Below, in pieces: positions 40,720 to 53,135 of a stretch of DNA of 64,000 bases. Positions within the stretch are counted from its first letter, which is position 1. Every line of letters begins with the position of its first letter. Position numbers and translations under genes: made by a program. The stretch covers positions 68,758,001 through 68,822,000 of the forward strand of contig OX597828.1 of assembly GCA_951406725.2 (NCBI GenBank), given 5' to 3'. Under the pieces are notes generated by a model. The model saw only the letters and a list, made by a program, of their open reading frames with translations. It was not told the origin of the DNA and made no database searches. Source of the DNA: Octopus vulgaris. Lineage: Eukaryota.

Positions 40720-42199
40720 GTTTCCGAGTAATCTTTTCTGATCTCTTGGATACCACTCGACAACCATAGGGGTTCGCCTGTTTCTGTGAATCATAATTTG
40801 AACAGGTGTAAAATTATTCGCTGCATTGTATTAATGTCGATATCCTTCCGTAGCTCAGTCTTCTCGTGAGTTATTGCGTCCTTTATTAATAAGTATTTTT
40901 TTTATTGAGCGGATTTCTTGATCCAGTATTTCGTTTGGGGAAAAACTTTTAAACAGAATTTTTCTACTGACACTTTATAAGTGTGAACGTTTGGCGACTC
41001 TCTGTATATACGTACATTGTAACAAATACATCAACACTACTCAAGTTACTATTCAACCTATAAGACAGTTCAAGTGATACTAGAGGTAAACACGTTCTGT
41101 CATGCGAACAATTGTATTTTTCGCTCGTTTAACTGAGAACGGATAGAGGAAATAAACGAGCGATTAGTGAATCTGTAATTCAGAGAAAGAATTTTTTTGA
41201 AAACAGGGCAAATTGCAATAAAGGCATTTTTCTTGTAAAACCTTCATTTTACACGACATTCTGAATTTTGAACAGAATTGTAGAGTTCAGCTTCAATTAA
41301 TAACTTTTATTTTTTTCAATTATTTTGTTTTCTTGAATTTCCGTTGTCGTTGTGCAAAAACCAAAAAAGCCTTGCAACACCTCGTTGTAGAATCCTTGTA
41401 TGAAAGGAAACTGAAGAGATGCTTCCACATTTGAATAGATGTTCAGTATCTAACCGTTATAACGATGCTTTGTTCAGTTGTTGACAACAGAAATTAAATC
41501 AGAAATTATCTTTTAGCGATTGTGTTTTTTATGAAACCTTCGTTTTTATTTCTTCAAACTGTTTCATCAAACATGTCATGCTACTTAAACTTAAAAGATT
41601 ATTAGAGATTCCAGTTTTCCTCTTGTAAAAACGTATTCTTGCTGTGCAGTGGTACTTTTTGTCCATTACACCAACAGAATTTCTATAGCAGCTAAGGGAA
41701 ACTCTATCCAGTCGCTCGTCCTGCTAGAAATAGTAGCCAAATTTCCATTTAGTAACATGTCGGTAAACGCACGAGATTATCACAGCCGTAGCGACTTTGC
41801 TCATAGATTAATGCACTAATGACCAAAATATTCAAGGTGATCTTTTCAAAGATAGTCGAATGTGTTATAAGGGAGAATCGTCTACTATTTCTGGTTGATT
41901 AAACAACCAATTAGAATCTTCTTTGTTTCTTCGTGTATGTAGTACATATATATATGAATGTATTTATGTATGAATGCGTGTACGTGTATGTACGTGCTAT
42001 TACCGTGTCAGTGACCAGGATGCAATTGGTATGATGAAAGCTTTGATAACAAATAATAAATGTTTCATTGAAGTTAAGTCTTTGTGAGATTTGAATGGTT
42101 TGCATGTGTCTTCCATGCTGTAATTGTTTTAGTTTCAACATTTGTTCTCAGATCATATCACTTGCACGAGAGTACATATACAACATACATATATTAAAA

Positions 42200-42520
42200 C
42201 AACCACCATCTTAAAACATAACCGACCAGATATGTAATGTTGTGGAAATCAGCTGCCAACTGGACTCCAATGTGGTTCGAACAATTCAAGAGAAAGAGAC
42301 CATCTGTGGACCATTAATGAGGTGTTTGCAAATCCAGTACCCAAAATGCACTTTCCGTTTCATACCTATCATTAATGGAGCTGCAAGATACATACTAACT
42401 CGTTTGGAGCAAAGCATCTTTGATCTTGGATTCTTGGGAAAACGCAAATCCTTAATTCGTACACTACAAATGATCGCGATATTTGGGACTATAAAATCTT
42501 CAAGACTTTCTTAAGATTTG
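42200..42520 (+). mobile_element. Decayed RLE-type (NeSL/R4-like) retroelement 3' fragment
   Basis: VVEISC..D.NV...IQEKE...FIPII(N)GA...LQMIAIFGTIK, resembling RLE C-termini. Confidence 0.55.
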
Positions 42521-43513
42521 AAGGATGATGACATAAACTTGCCACTAGGTGGGTAGGCGGTCTAAGGATACACATCTTAGAAGAACAGAATAGAGTAAGT
42601 GGAGCAAGAACACACACGAAAATGAATAGTGTCGCTGAAGAGGTCACAGATGTGTGACAAAAAATTTACGGACAATGGACATGAGTTAAAATAATAAAAT
42701 AAGAACAGTAATAAATGAGTAAAAAAAATATAATGCGTGTGTTTATTTGGCAAATAAGTACACACACACACACACACAGACACACACACACACACATACA
42801 GGGTGCGAGGGGTATTTGAGGACATTTCGGTTTTACTTCATTACACCTTCAAATTTCTTAGCATCATTTTTTTTTCCAGATAACCCTTTCAAGATATCAT
42901 ACTAACTCAAGGAATTAAGAACATGCAGTCATAATTGCTATACACGCAAACCAGAGTGATTTGGAATTTAGGAACTTTCTAAATGTTGCAAGATCATTTG
43001 TACTCAAAGTTCGGTTGGGATTGGAAGCATGTGATGGTAACGTTTCCCCTGTATCAAAGAGATAAAAACATTCACAACGTTCAGACATTAAAAAGGACAT
43101 ATGAATTTATTCATGTTCAAAATATTATCGATGAAAACCCCAGAAGATCAATGCGGTCCATTGCTAAAGAACTTCGAGTGTCAGGGTGGACCATCAGAAC
43201 TTTGGTGCATCGTGACATTCTATAGAAGTCCTATGTAATGAGGAAAAGCCAATTCGTGTCTGAAAAGATACAAGAAAACCGTCTCATTCGCTCAAAACGG
43301 TTACTCATCAAAGTGAAAACCCCATATGAATAAGGCTTGCTTTGGTTTTTCTCTGACGAAAAAAACTTTAATTAGGATTAAAAGTCTAAATGACAGGTGG
43401 TTATGTGCAGATCCTTCTGAAGTTAGTTAGTTAGTTAGTTAGTTAGTTAATTTGGCTCAAAAGCAAATAGCAAGGCCATGTAGGGGGACATGGAGTTGAG
43501 TACAGGGTGGTGT

Positions 43514-46402
43514 TCATGTAAAGAGTTCAGGCCACTTGAGGTCCAGGGAGGCTTTGAACAAAGCGGTCGTCGGCATCTTCACCATCTCGTCTGGCAGCTT
43601 GTTCCACGGATCCGCAACCCGGACGGAGAAAGCTCCTCTCCTTCGATTGAGATGAAATCGTCGCAGGTAGAGCTTTTCGGAATGACCCCGCAGCCGACGC
43701 TCCGGAGCAGGAGTGAAGAACAGCTCTTTCGAGAGGTTACACTTCCCGCTTATGATGTTGTGGGCGAGAATGAGATCACCACGGCGGCGGCGTTTTTCAA
43801 GAGAACAAAGGTCGAGTGTCCTCAGCCTTTCTTCGTAGGACAAATTTTTGAGACCATGAACCATGCGGGTAGCCAGCCTCTGGACTCTTTCGAGGTGCTG
43901 TATGTCTTTGAGGAGATAAGGAGAAGAGGCTTGAATCCCATACTCCAATATGGGTCTCACCAGCGTGACATAGAGTGGCAGGAATATGGCTGCTGTGAGC
44001 ATTCCGAATGACCGTCGAATCAAAAACAGAATTCCGCGCGCTTTGTTGGCAGCATGGACGCACTGGGCCGAAGGCGAAAAGGAGGAATCCACCAAGATAC
44101 CCAGGTCCTTTACCTGATCGGTCCTCTCCAGCAGCAGACGACCCGGCTCGAAATCAAGTTGAGTTGCAGGAGTAGAGCCGACAGGCAGATGACAGCACTT
44201 TGACACGTTCAGACACAGGTCCCAATCGTTAGACCACTTCCAAATTTGGTGGAGGCATCGACGAAGATCTTCTATACTACCGCGAGGAGCGACCAGTTTG
44301 ATATCGTCGGCAAATAGAAGGGTGTGTTGCGTGAGGTCGTCGGGCAAGTCATTTATGAAGACTAAGAACAACAAGGGCCCAAGCACTGAACCTTGAGGCA
44401 CGCCACTGCTCGCACTGGAGACGTCGGACCGCGAACCATTAACCTGAACTTGGAAGGAGCGATCTGAGAGGAAGGCACCAACCCATCGTACAATATCCGG
44501 ATGGAAACTATATGCTTGAAGCTTGACAAGTAGTAGGCGGTGGTTTACCGAGTCAAAAGCTTTGGCAAAGTCCAATAAAACGATGTCAACAGCATCACTA
44601 TCATCGAGGATGCGCGTCACTAATTCTTCCATTACTAGTAAGTTGGTCAAGCATGATCTCTTCGGCACGAAGCCGTGTTGGGAATCAGTGATCGAGGCTG
44701 TGTTTAGGAGGTGGAGCATCATACTTTTCTTAAGGATGGTTTCGAACATCTTGCTGATTATTGATGTAAGGGAAACCGGTCGGTAGTTAAGCGGGTCTTC
44801 GCGGCTCCCTTTCTTGAAAATTGGGCAGATTATCGCTGTTCTCCAGTCTGCAGGCATAACACCCGTCGCCAATGACATATTGAATAGTCGTGTTAAGGGC
44901 TCGCAGATGACCGGAGCCAACGCTTTGATAACCCGTGGGTGTATGCCGTCAGGGCCGTGACCCTTGTTGACATCGAGGCCTTGAATAACACGCTTGACTT
45001 GGTCCCGCGTGATGATCAATCGAAGCATTGGAGGTACCGATCTATCAAATGGAGGGGGTTCACGACCATCATCTTGTTTGAAAATAGTTGAAAAAGCCTC
45101 GGTAAATAATTGACTCTGTTGATAAGGGTCCTCAATCGATACGCCTGTTGAGTCTACCAACGTTGCAATCTGGTTGTTCAAGCGGGAATTCCGCTGGACA
45201 TGGGCAAAGAAGGTTTTTGGATTGCTACTGGCATTTGCCGCGATTTTGTATTCATAACTGAAGCGTTCTTTCTTTTCAATTTTCACGGCTCGGTCTCGTT
45301 GAGTTTTGTACACCTCAAAAGCTGCAGTCGAATCCAGATTTTTGAATTCAGCCCAAGCAATATCCCTGAGTCGACGTTCTCGTTTAACCTTCTTCGTCAC
45401 CCAGGGCTTGTGTTTCTTCCTCTTGGGAAGTCCAACGGGAACTGCCTGGTCAGTCAAACAGATTACATATGCTTTGAGGGATGACCATAGTTCGTCAACT
45501 GAGGACAACGTCATCAGGGAACGCCAGTCCAGAAGCGCGGAAGCCTCGGTTAGAATTTCAAGATTAATTGCAGAGAAGACTCTACGTGGCAGCGAAGTAA
45601 TCGTGGACGTGGAAAAAGTTGTGTGCATGACGAACTTCAGGACCGCATGATCACTCTTGGCAAGAGGGGCGCACACAGATACGTCTGACACTGATCTTGG
45701 ATAGCGGGAGAATACCAGATCTAGCATAGATGGCTGCTGCCCAGACCGATGCCTTGTCGGATATTCAACATGTTGCGATAGAAAACAATCTTCAGCCACG
45801 TCAAGAAGGGCCTGGCCGAACCGGGAAGATGTTGTACAAATTGATGCGGGCCAATCGATCGTGGGAGCGTTGAAGTCGCCTAGTACCAAGCAGTCATGCG
45901 AAGCTGAAACGAATCTTATCGCTTCGAGTAGATGAGCATCGTCCTGGGGGTCGGCTAGAGGCGGCCTGTAGACAGCCAACACGGGCAGGCAAAACTCAGA
46001 TAGGCTCAGCTTGCAATAGACGGCATTGAATTTGGTTGTAGGTTGAGCATTTGTGGGTAGAATACCGCAGGACGGTTTGTGCTCAGACTTAACATACACA
46101 GCAACACCTCCACCTCGCCTTTTTCCTCTGTCACATCTGAAAAGGATGTAGCCCTGCAGGTGGATCTCTGAGTCCTTTACTGCTGGAGTCAGCCAAGTCT
46201 CGGTGATAGCTATCACATCAGGGGAGTCGCGTAGGGCCAGTGTAAATAGTTCACTGAACTTTGGGAATAAGGAGCACGAGTTGGTGTAGACGATGCTGAG
46301 CTGTGAAGTCTGAGGGGCGGGAGTTGGGGAACAAGCAGAATAAAGGGCATCAGAGATAGCATCGTTGACGGGGGTATCAACTTCACTTCGATTTGCCCTC
46401 AC
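43514..46402 (-). CDS. LINE ORF2: apurinic-like endonuclease + reverse transcriptase (962 aa)
   Basis: EN motifs ITETWL, GGGVAVYV, YRPP, GDFN, SDH; RT motifs YRPVSLTS, QHGF, DFAKAFD, GVPQGSVLGP, FADD, KDLG; CR1-type C-terminus LEKRRRRGDL, RGH, WNKLP. Confidence 0.95.
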   Translation of the reverse strand: MRANRSEVDTPVNDAISDALYSACSPTPAPQTSQLSIVYTNSCSLFPKFSELFTLALRDSPDVIAITETWLTPAVKDSEIHLQGYILFRCDRGKRRGGGVAVYVKSEHKPSCGILPTNAQPTTKFNAVYCKLSLSEFCLPVLAVYRPPLADPQDDAHLLEAIRFVSASHDCLVLGDFNAPTIDWPASICTTSSRFGQALLDVAEDCFLSQHVEYPTRHRSGQQPSMLDLVFSRYPRSVSDVSVCAPLAKSDHAVLKFVMHTTFSTSTITSLPRRVFSAINLEILTEASALLDWRSLMTLSSVDELWSSLKAYVICLTDQAVPVGLPKRKKHKPWVTKKVKRERRLRDIAWAEFKNLDSTAAFEVYKTQRDRAVKIEKKERFSYEYKIAANASSNPKTFFAHVQRNSRLNNQIATLVDSTGVSIEDPYQQSQLFTEAFSTIFKQDDGREPPPFDRSVPPMLRLIITRDQVKRVIQGLDVNKGHGPDGIHPRVIKALAPVICEPLTRLFNMSLATGVMPADWRTAIICPIFKKGSREDPLNYRPVSLTSIISKMFETILKKSMMLHLLNTASITDSQHGFVPKRSCLTNLLVMEELVTRILDDSDAVDIVLLDFAKAFDSVNHRLLLVKLQAYSFHPDIVRWVGAFLSDRSFQVQVNGSRSDVSSASSGVPQGSVLGPLLFLVFINDLPDDLTQHTLLFADDIKLVAPRGSIEDLRRCLHQIWKWSNDWDLCLNVSKCCHLPVGSTPATQLDFEPGRLLLERTDQVKDLGILVDSSFSPSAQCVHAANKARGILFLIRRSFGMLTAAIFLPLYVTLVRPILEYGIQASSPYLLKDIQHLERVQRLATRMVHGLKNLSYEERLRTLDLCSLEKRRRRGDLILAHNIISGKCNLSKELFFTPAPERRLRGHSEKLYLRRFHLNRRRGAFSVRVADPWNKLPDEMVKMPTTALFKASLDLKWPELFT

Positions 46403-46769
46403 ATCACTTTCCCTGTCAGCACTACAGCATGGGACCAGAGGTAGGACTTGATTATCTGTCCATCTTGGATTCGTAAACCCTTCTCTCCCATTTGTTTCCT
46501 CATCTTTAGCTCGGATATCAGGTTCCTCCGGCGAATTCTCTCTCTTAGTGAGTATTCCTCGCGAAAACCCATATTGGGGTCCTCCCAGGCATGCGTCTGA
46601 GCTCTGTTCAGAAAGACTGAAGCCTCCCGATCAGAAGAAAAGATTACCCTTATTGGGCGTGGTCTAGTATCTGCGGTTGGGTTCGCTTGGAATCTTCCTA
46701 GCCGAGCGACCTTAAGAACACTGACATTTTCGTTCACAGAGAACAATTTTCCAACCAAAACGGAAGTAA
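46399..46769 (-). pseudogene. Truncated LINE ORF1 C-terminus
   Basis: RLG...RPRPIRVIF...F.EEYSLRERIRRRNL, typical of CR1-group ORF1 ends; the N-terminus of track ORF 46399..46839 runs into antisense mariner sequence. Confidence 0.75.
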
Positions 46770-47379
46770 CTGAAGTATCCAGAGAGATACACACGAAATT
46801 TCCAGCAACTGTGATGGTTTTAGGAGTGGGGAGTTGCATAGGTCATGTGATGCCACCCCACTTTTTTCCACAGGGTTCTAGAATTAATGCTGCTGGATAC
46901 ATTGAGGTACTGGAAACTGTTATCAAGCCCTGGATTGACGAAGTATGCAATGGAAGACCATACGTGTTTCAAAAAGACTCAGCACCTTCTCACAAAGTTC
47001 TGCTCACCCAAGAATGGTTGTCAGACACTCTTTACGATTATGTAACACCCAATATGTGGTCTCCAAACTCACCAGATTTGAACCCCATGGGCTACTACTT
47101 GTGGAGCACTGTTGAAAGGGAAACTAATCGTCATCCTCGAAGTTTCACTGAAAGCCGGCATTGTCCAGGTGATGTCCAAAATGACTAAGGACCACATAGT
47201 GTCAGCATGCCAGCGGTTTCGGTCCCGCATTGAAGCGGTCATCGAAGCCGAAGGCGGTTTCATAGAATAATTTGCTTAAAAAAATATTATGAAGACTAAT
47301 TGCATAAATGTTTATTCAAATACATATTTATTTATGCAGAAATATTGTTGTTTTATTGTATACCCAAACTGTCTTCAAA

Positions 47380-47515
<136 letters not shown>

Positions 47516-47540
47516 CATATGTGTGTGCGTGTGTGTGTGT

Positions 47541-47946
47541 GCTTCCCAGCCACGTAGTTCCGGGTTCAGTCCCATTGCGTGGCACCTTGGGCAAGTGTCT
47601 TTTACAATAGCCTCGAGCCACCCAAGGCCTTGTGAGTGGATTTAGTCGATGGAAACTGAAGGAATCCCGTCGAATATATATATATATATATATACATATG
47701 TGTGCGTGTGTCTATGTGCGTGGGTCTATGTATGCCCCCGCCCCCTACTGTCATCGCTTGACAACCGATGCTGGTGAGTTTATGTACCCGTAACTTAGCG
47801 GTTCGGCCTAAGAGCCCGATAGAATAAGTACTTGACTTCCAAAGAATAAGCCCCGGGGTCGATTTCTTCGACTAAAACCCTTTAAGGTGGTGCTCCAGCA
47901 TGGCCACAGTCAAATGGCTGAAACAAAAGAGTAAAAGAATAAAAGA
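47541..47946 (+). mobile_element. SINE-B
   Basis: Matches 16030-16400. Confidence 0.88.
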
Positions 47947-48197
47947 ATATACGCATGTATGTGCATGTGTGTGTGTGTGTGTGGGTGGGTGGGTGCGTGT
48001 GTGTGTGTGCGTGCGTGTGTGTGTGTGTGGGGGGGTGCGTGTGTGTGCGTGTTTATTTCAACTACTTCATTTCTCGACAACCGTTTAGTGTTCGAGATGT
48101 AATTATCTCGTCTTCATTGTTTCTAACACTTCATCAAATTAATTAAACTACCATTATTTAGGCTTTGGCAGAACTACTTATCAATTTTAATATCCAT

Positions 48198-48510
<313 letters not shown>

Positions 48511-48991
48511 ATACATATATGTCTATTTGCTGCATATATATATATATATATGCGTATACATATATATGTGTGTGTGTATAAATATATATATATATATTTA
48601 GTTAAGTGTTGTATGTATTTGGTCTTGTGCGTAAAAACGTACTTATGCGTTGGTGGACAGACAGAGATCATTGTAAACAGCTTTGACACTTAAAGAACGT
48701 TTAATTTTAAAGTAGGTGTGGATATTGTTTCTGTTGACTCACTCAAAAATCTGCAACGTTTAGACTATTGGGAAACGCAATTTAGTCTCTTAGTTTTCAA
48801 GTGCTTTTAACTGTGAACTTGAAGATTCATTTTCCTAAAGGTAAAGCTAACACTTTAGCATTCGATCATATTAGCTTAACCGTAATTGATTTACAATGCA
48901 CAACCAATAAATAGATAAATAATCGACTTTCATAACGACAATATCCGGACCTCGTATATATTGAATGTATATATATATATATATATATTGA

Positions 48992-49039
<48 letters not shown>

Positions 49040-49043
<4 letters not shown>

Positions 49044-49802
49044 ATGGTATCACCAGTGGTAAGCGAATTATTAGCCGTACAGGCAAATTAATAAAATATA
49101 TACATACAATATTAGATATGTACATATATACATAAGGGTACTACATGAGTACTTATATCGCCAATGATAGAAGTCGAGAAATACTTCTGTACCACCAAAT
49201 AGTCACAAATCTATTACAGACAAGATATGAAAAAAATATCAGTGAACAATAATAATGTCTCACCTCGAATGGGTCAGAACAAGCAAATGCTGGTCAACTC
49301 GGTACCGGTTTCGAAATTTAGTGCCACCCAGGCACGTGATTTCTCATCAGCCAAATCCGCCAGCTAAATAGCTAGTAACATTCTCCCCCATCATGCCTGT
49401 GAAAGTTCGTTTGAAGAGACCAAGCATCGTACGAACAAACGAAATGCGTAAAATCATTTATAAATAAATATAGGGATGGTATTATTAAAATACCATCACG
49501 ATCGGTAAGCGAATTATTAGCCGTACAGGCAAATTAATAAAATGTATACATACAATATTAGATATGTACATGTATACATAAAGGTACTACATGAGTAGTA
49601 CCCTTATGAGTTGACCAGCATTTATTAGTTCTGACCCATTTGAGGTAAGACATTATTATTGTTCACTGATATTTTTTCCTATCTTGTCTGTAATGGATTT
49701 ATGATTTTTCGGTGGTACAGAAGTATTTTTCGACTTCTATCTTTGGCGATATAGGTACTCATGTAGTACCCTTATGTATATATGTACATATCTAATATTG
49801 TA

Positions 49803-49810
<8 letters not shown>
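49040..49810. repeat. Direct + inverted repeat block (Penelope-type pLTR arrangement)
   Basis: 49040-49150 is repeated directly at 49472-49598; 49095-49300 is repeated inverted at 49608-49810; hammerhead at 49299-49354. Confidence 0.75.
49299..49354 (-). ncRNA. Minimal hammerhead ribozyme (Penelope type)
   Basis: Minus strand ttgg-CTGATGA-gaaat...atttc-GAAA-ccgg-TA-ccga; palindromic ACCGGT stem III. Confidence 0.72.
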
Positions 49811-49833
<23 letters not shown>

Positions 49834-49882
49834 ATAAATATTAGGGAATAAATAGTTCAAAATTGCATAGAAGGTCTAGAAA

Positions 49883-49928
49883 CCACCTGATGAATGTCCA
49901 TAGAAGTGACAAGAAACGATCGTAGTGG
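49883..49928 (+). ncRNA. Minimal hammerhead ribozyme (Penelope type)
   Basis: ccac-CTGATGA-atgtc...gacaa-GAAA-cgatcg-TA-gtgg; A-A mismatch at the base of stem II. Confidence 0.65.
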
Positions 49929-50010
49929 ATATTTTAATTATATAAAATTTTTTATGTATTGGATTAAGTCTTTCTTTGTTTGATTTGCATAATAGTGGTT
50001 TTGTCTCTAA

Positions 50011-50077
<67 letters not shown>

Positions 50078-50373
50078 AGAGAGAGAGTGTATGTGTGTGT
50101 GTGTGTGTGTGTGTGCAGTGATTCTCAGCCAGGGTTCATGTAGGAGTTTGTTCTTAAAGTGCATGTGCAATATATTGATTAGACTTCTAGAATACACAAA
50201 ATCTTTTTTTTTTTTACACAATTTCTAATAATATTGAATTATAAAAAAACAATAAGTTTTTTTTTTTTTTTTAACAATAGCGGTCTAGTAGAGTAAAATA
50301 GGAATCGAAGGGGTCCATAGATCGAAAACGATTGAGAACGACTGATATAATGGTTTCACAAAAATAAAAGCTG

Positions 50374-50415
<42 letters not shown>

Positions 50416-50489
50416 CGGTTTAGGTTGAAGAAATCGAATCAAATGCCTGCTTGCGAACTTTGTGGTAGTTGAGGGGGAAAGTTACAGTA

Positions 50490-50810
50490 AAACACATGGG
50501 CTACTGGGAGAGGTTAAAAGAACTGGGACTCAACTATACATATGGAAAATAATGGAAGCTCTAGCTCCAAATTTCGAAATCGAAATCTACAGCAATCCCC
50601 GAACTGGACGGCACTTCACAGTACCAAAGGTCCTATATTCTCCATCGAGGATATGAACACAATATTGTAATAGCTTGGGATTCAAGGGACCACAATGTTT
50701 TAATGCCCTACCACAGAACATCAGGAATCTGCGAGAGGTAGCCATAGAAGTCTTCAAAAGACATCTAGAAAGTTCATCGCGTCAAGAGGCCCAAATGAAG
50801 AGCAGCAACG
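50490..50810 (+). mobile_element. Old CR1/L2-like LINE 3' fragment
   Basis: YIWKIMEALAPN, PRTGRH, NSLGFKGPQCFNALP..IRNL, FKRHL. Confidence 0.55.
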
Positions 50811-50927
50811 TCCAACAGACTACTTAACTAGAAGCAATACTGGGAAAATCGCTGGACGCAGTAAAGGCGGTGCACCAGCATTTCTGGCTGAAATCCGTAA
50901 AAGATAAAAGATAAAAAAGATATGAAC

Positions 50928-50968
<41 letters not shown>

Positions 50969-50997
50969 AGAGGAATAGCCACCAAGGTGGATTCCTA

Positions 50998-51002
50998 ATA
51001 TG

Positions 51003-51033
<31 letters not shown>

Positions 51034-51036
51034 GTG

Positions 51037-51123
<87 letters not shown>

Positions 51124-51171
51124 GTATACATATATATATATATACACACACACACACATATATATATATAC

Positions 51172-51259
<88 letters not shown>

Positions 51260-51286
51260 ACATACACACAGATATATATATATATA
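50998..51286. repeat. (TA)n-rich microsatellite
   Basis: Direct inspection. Confidence 0.95.
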
Positions 51287-51832
51287 TTCTTATTCTGTTC
51301 TCATTTATTTCGTAGGCGTTGTCGCTGTTTATTAATGGTGAATTTATTGGTCAATAATCTAAAAATAATTGGATTAAATACTATAAATGAGAATTTTTCT
51401 TAATGATATATGAGTATACGTCTGTTTGTTGACACTTTCCTAAAATGGGACAACTACAAAGAAAAATAAAAGCCTACAGACATTTGCAGCTGTGTATATG
51501 TGGTTGCTTTGTATGCATGAGTACGGGTGTAGGTATGTAGATGCAACATTTCGAATTATGATGTGTGTGTGTATGTGTGTTTGCATGTTCCAGCGTGCTT
51601 GTTTATAGATATACATAATGTTTTTGACTGAATTACAACTAACATTATTATAAGAATGCAATTTATCATCATTTAAATTGTTACAAACATTGCCCCAAAT
51701 ATTACCCCAAAAATTATAATTATAATTTTTATATTTTACTATTTCGTTGTTTGACTTTGCCTTGAATAATTAAAACTTCATATCATAATTTTATCTATTT
51801 TCTTTCCTTTTTTCTCTTTTCCGTTTTTACAG

Positions 51833-51844
51833 AGTGAATTTCAT
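51833..51844 (+). CDS. Micro-exon 8 (12 nt, AGTGAATTTCAT = S-E-F-H)
   Basis: tttccttttttctcttttccgtttttacAG|AGTGAATTTCAT|GTGAGT. Confidence 0.75.
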
Positions 51845-51951
51845 GTGAGTAGACTTTTCTTTCTTTTTCTGATTTTGTGTCTTACGTTTTTTTCTGTTTG
51901 TTCCGGCTTTCTACTTACCACATGCACACAAAGCCTTACACAATCGTACCC

Positions 51952-51992
<41 letters not shown>

Positions 51993-52247
51993 GAGGGAAA
52001 CCACTATGTGGACACCCTTATGCTGGAAATAGATCCGCTATGGTCTTACCACTAAGAAATGTTCTCAAGAAAAATTTAGCAAAACAGCCAAAACGTAATC
52101 GAGCAAGACATAGTGGTTTCCCTCTAATATGTATATACTACAATTTTACTGAACCTTCAGTTTTTTTTTATATGCTAGACCACTGGTGTGAAATCGATGT
52201 CAATCAAATTAATATCTAATTTCTCACCCCCATTTTAAAATTAAATT

Positions 52248-52303
<56 letters not shown>

Positions 52304-52425
52304 CATAGTCATCTATGTATCATGCTTGATGTAAATACAGTACACCGTTCAAAGGCAGATTTTCTGCGGTGTTCATTCAGAGAAAACATCTCTTATGAAA
52401 GGACTGTGTTTAAAAACACAATATA

Positions 52426-53135
52426 CAGGGTGTCCATAAAGTCTCTTTACAATTTTAAAATTTTATTACAAAGGCAGTTGACAAGATATCTTGACCAGAT
52501 TTGTTTTATTTTAATAATTGTTTATTAAATTTTTTTAACTGTTCTTTAATAGACCTCAATATGGGCACCATTAGTTGCACGAAGCACATCAAAACGGTTC
52601 TCGAGTTCTTGTCATGTTCGCTGTAGGATAGCCTCATCAACGGTGGCAATGGCATTACAAATCCTTTGCTTCAAGTCAGCAATGTCCCGTATCTTTGTTT
52701 GATACACGATATCTTTTACATAACCCCATAAAAAGAAGTCAAAGGGAGTGATATCTGGCGAACGCGGTGGCCATGGAATTGGCCCATCTCTTTCAATCCA
52801 TCGGTCTGGAAATGTTTGATTAAGGAACTGACGAACATGCCGTCCCCAATGTGGTGGTGCATCATCTTGCTGGAAAATGATGATTGGTTGTAAATCAATC
52901 AGTTGTGGTGCCACATATTCGGTCAGAAGGTCGAGGTAAACATCTGCAGTAATTGTTGCCTCGTTAAAGAAAAATGGACCAATTATTCGATTGTACATGA
53001 TTCCACACCACACATTCAATATCAATAAAAACTTTAATAAACAATTATTAAAATAAAACAAATCTGGTTAAAATATTTCATCAACTACCTTTGTAATAAT
53101 TTTTTAAATTGTAAAGAGACTTTATGGATACCCTG
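52426..53135 (-). mobile_element. Internally deleted Tc1/mariner of DD41D (rosa) type
   Basis: About 110-bp TIRs (CAGGGTGTCCATAAAGTCTCTTTACAATT...), TA on both sides; ORF 52612..53061 with VWCGI, FQQD-41 aa-D (WPPRSPDITPFDFFLWGYVK). Confidence 0.9.

Larger units (their letters stand above)
43424..46769 (-). mobile_element. Young, 5'-truncated CR1/L2-group non-LTR retrotransposon
   Basis: ORF1 C-terminal part plus intact ORF2; (TAAC)n 3' tail near 43424-43450; TSD CTGAAGT at 43417-43423 and 46770-46776; visibly more GC-rich than the flanks. Confidence 0.93.

Noticed and set aside
43490-45650. Plus-strand ORFs over the LINE
   Set aside because: Antisense shadows of ORF2
51316-51337. Strong acceptor, 22 nt, then GTGAAT
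   Set aside because: Not 3n, mediocre donor, gives a stop in exon 8 from phase 0; could still be a poison exon, and shows that non-3n candidates exist
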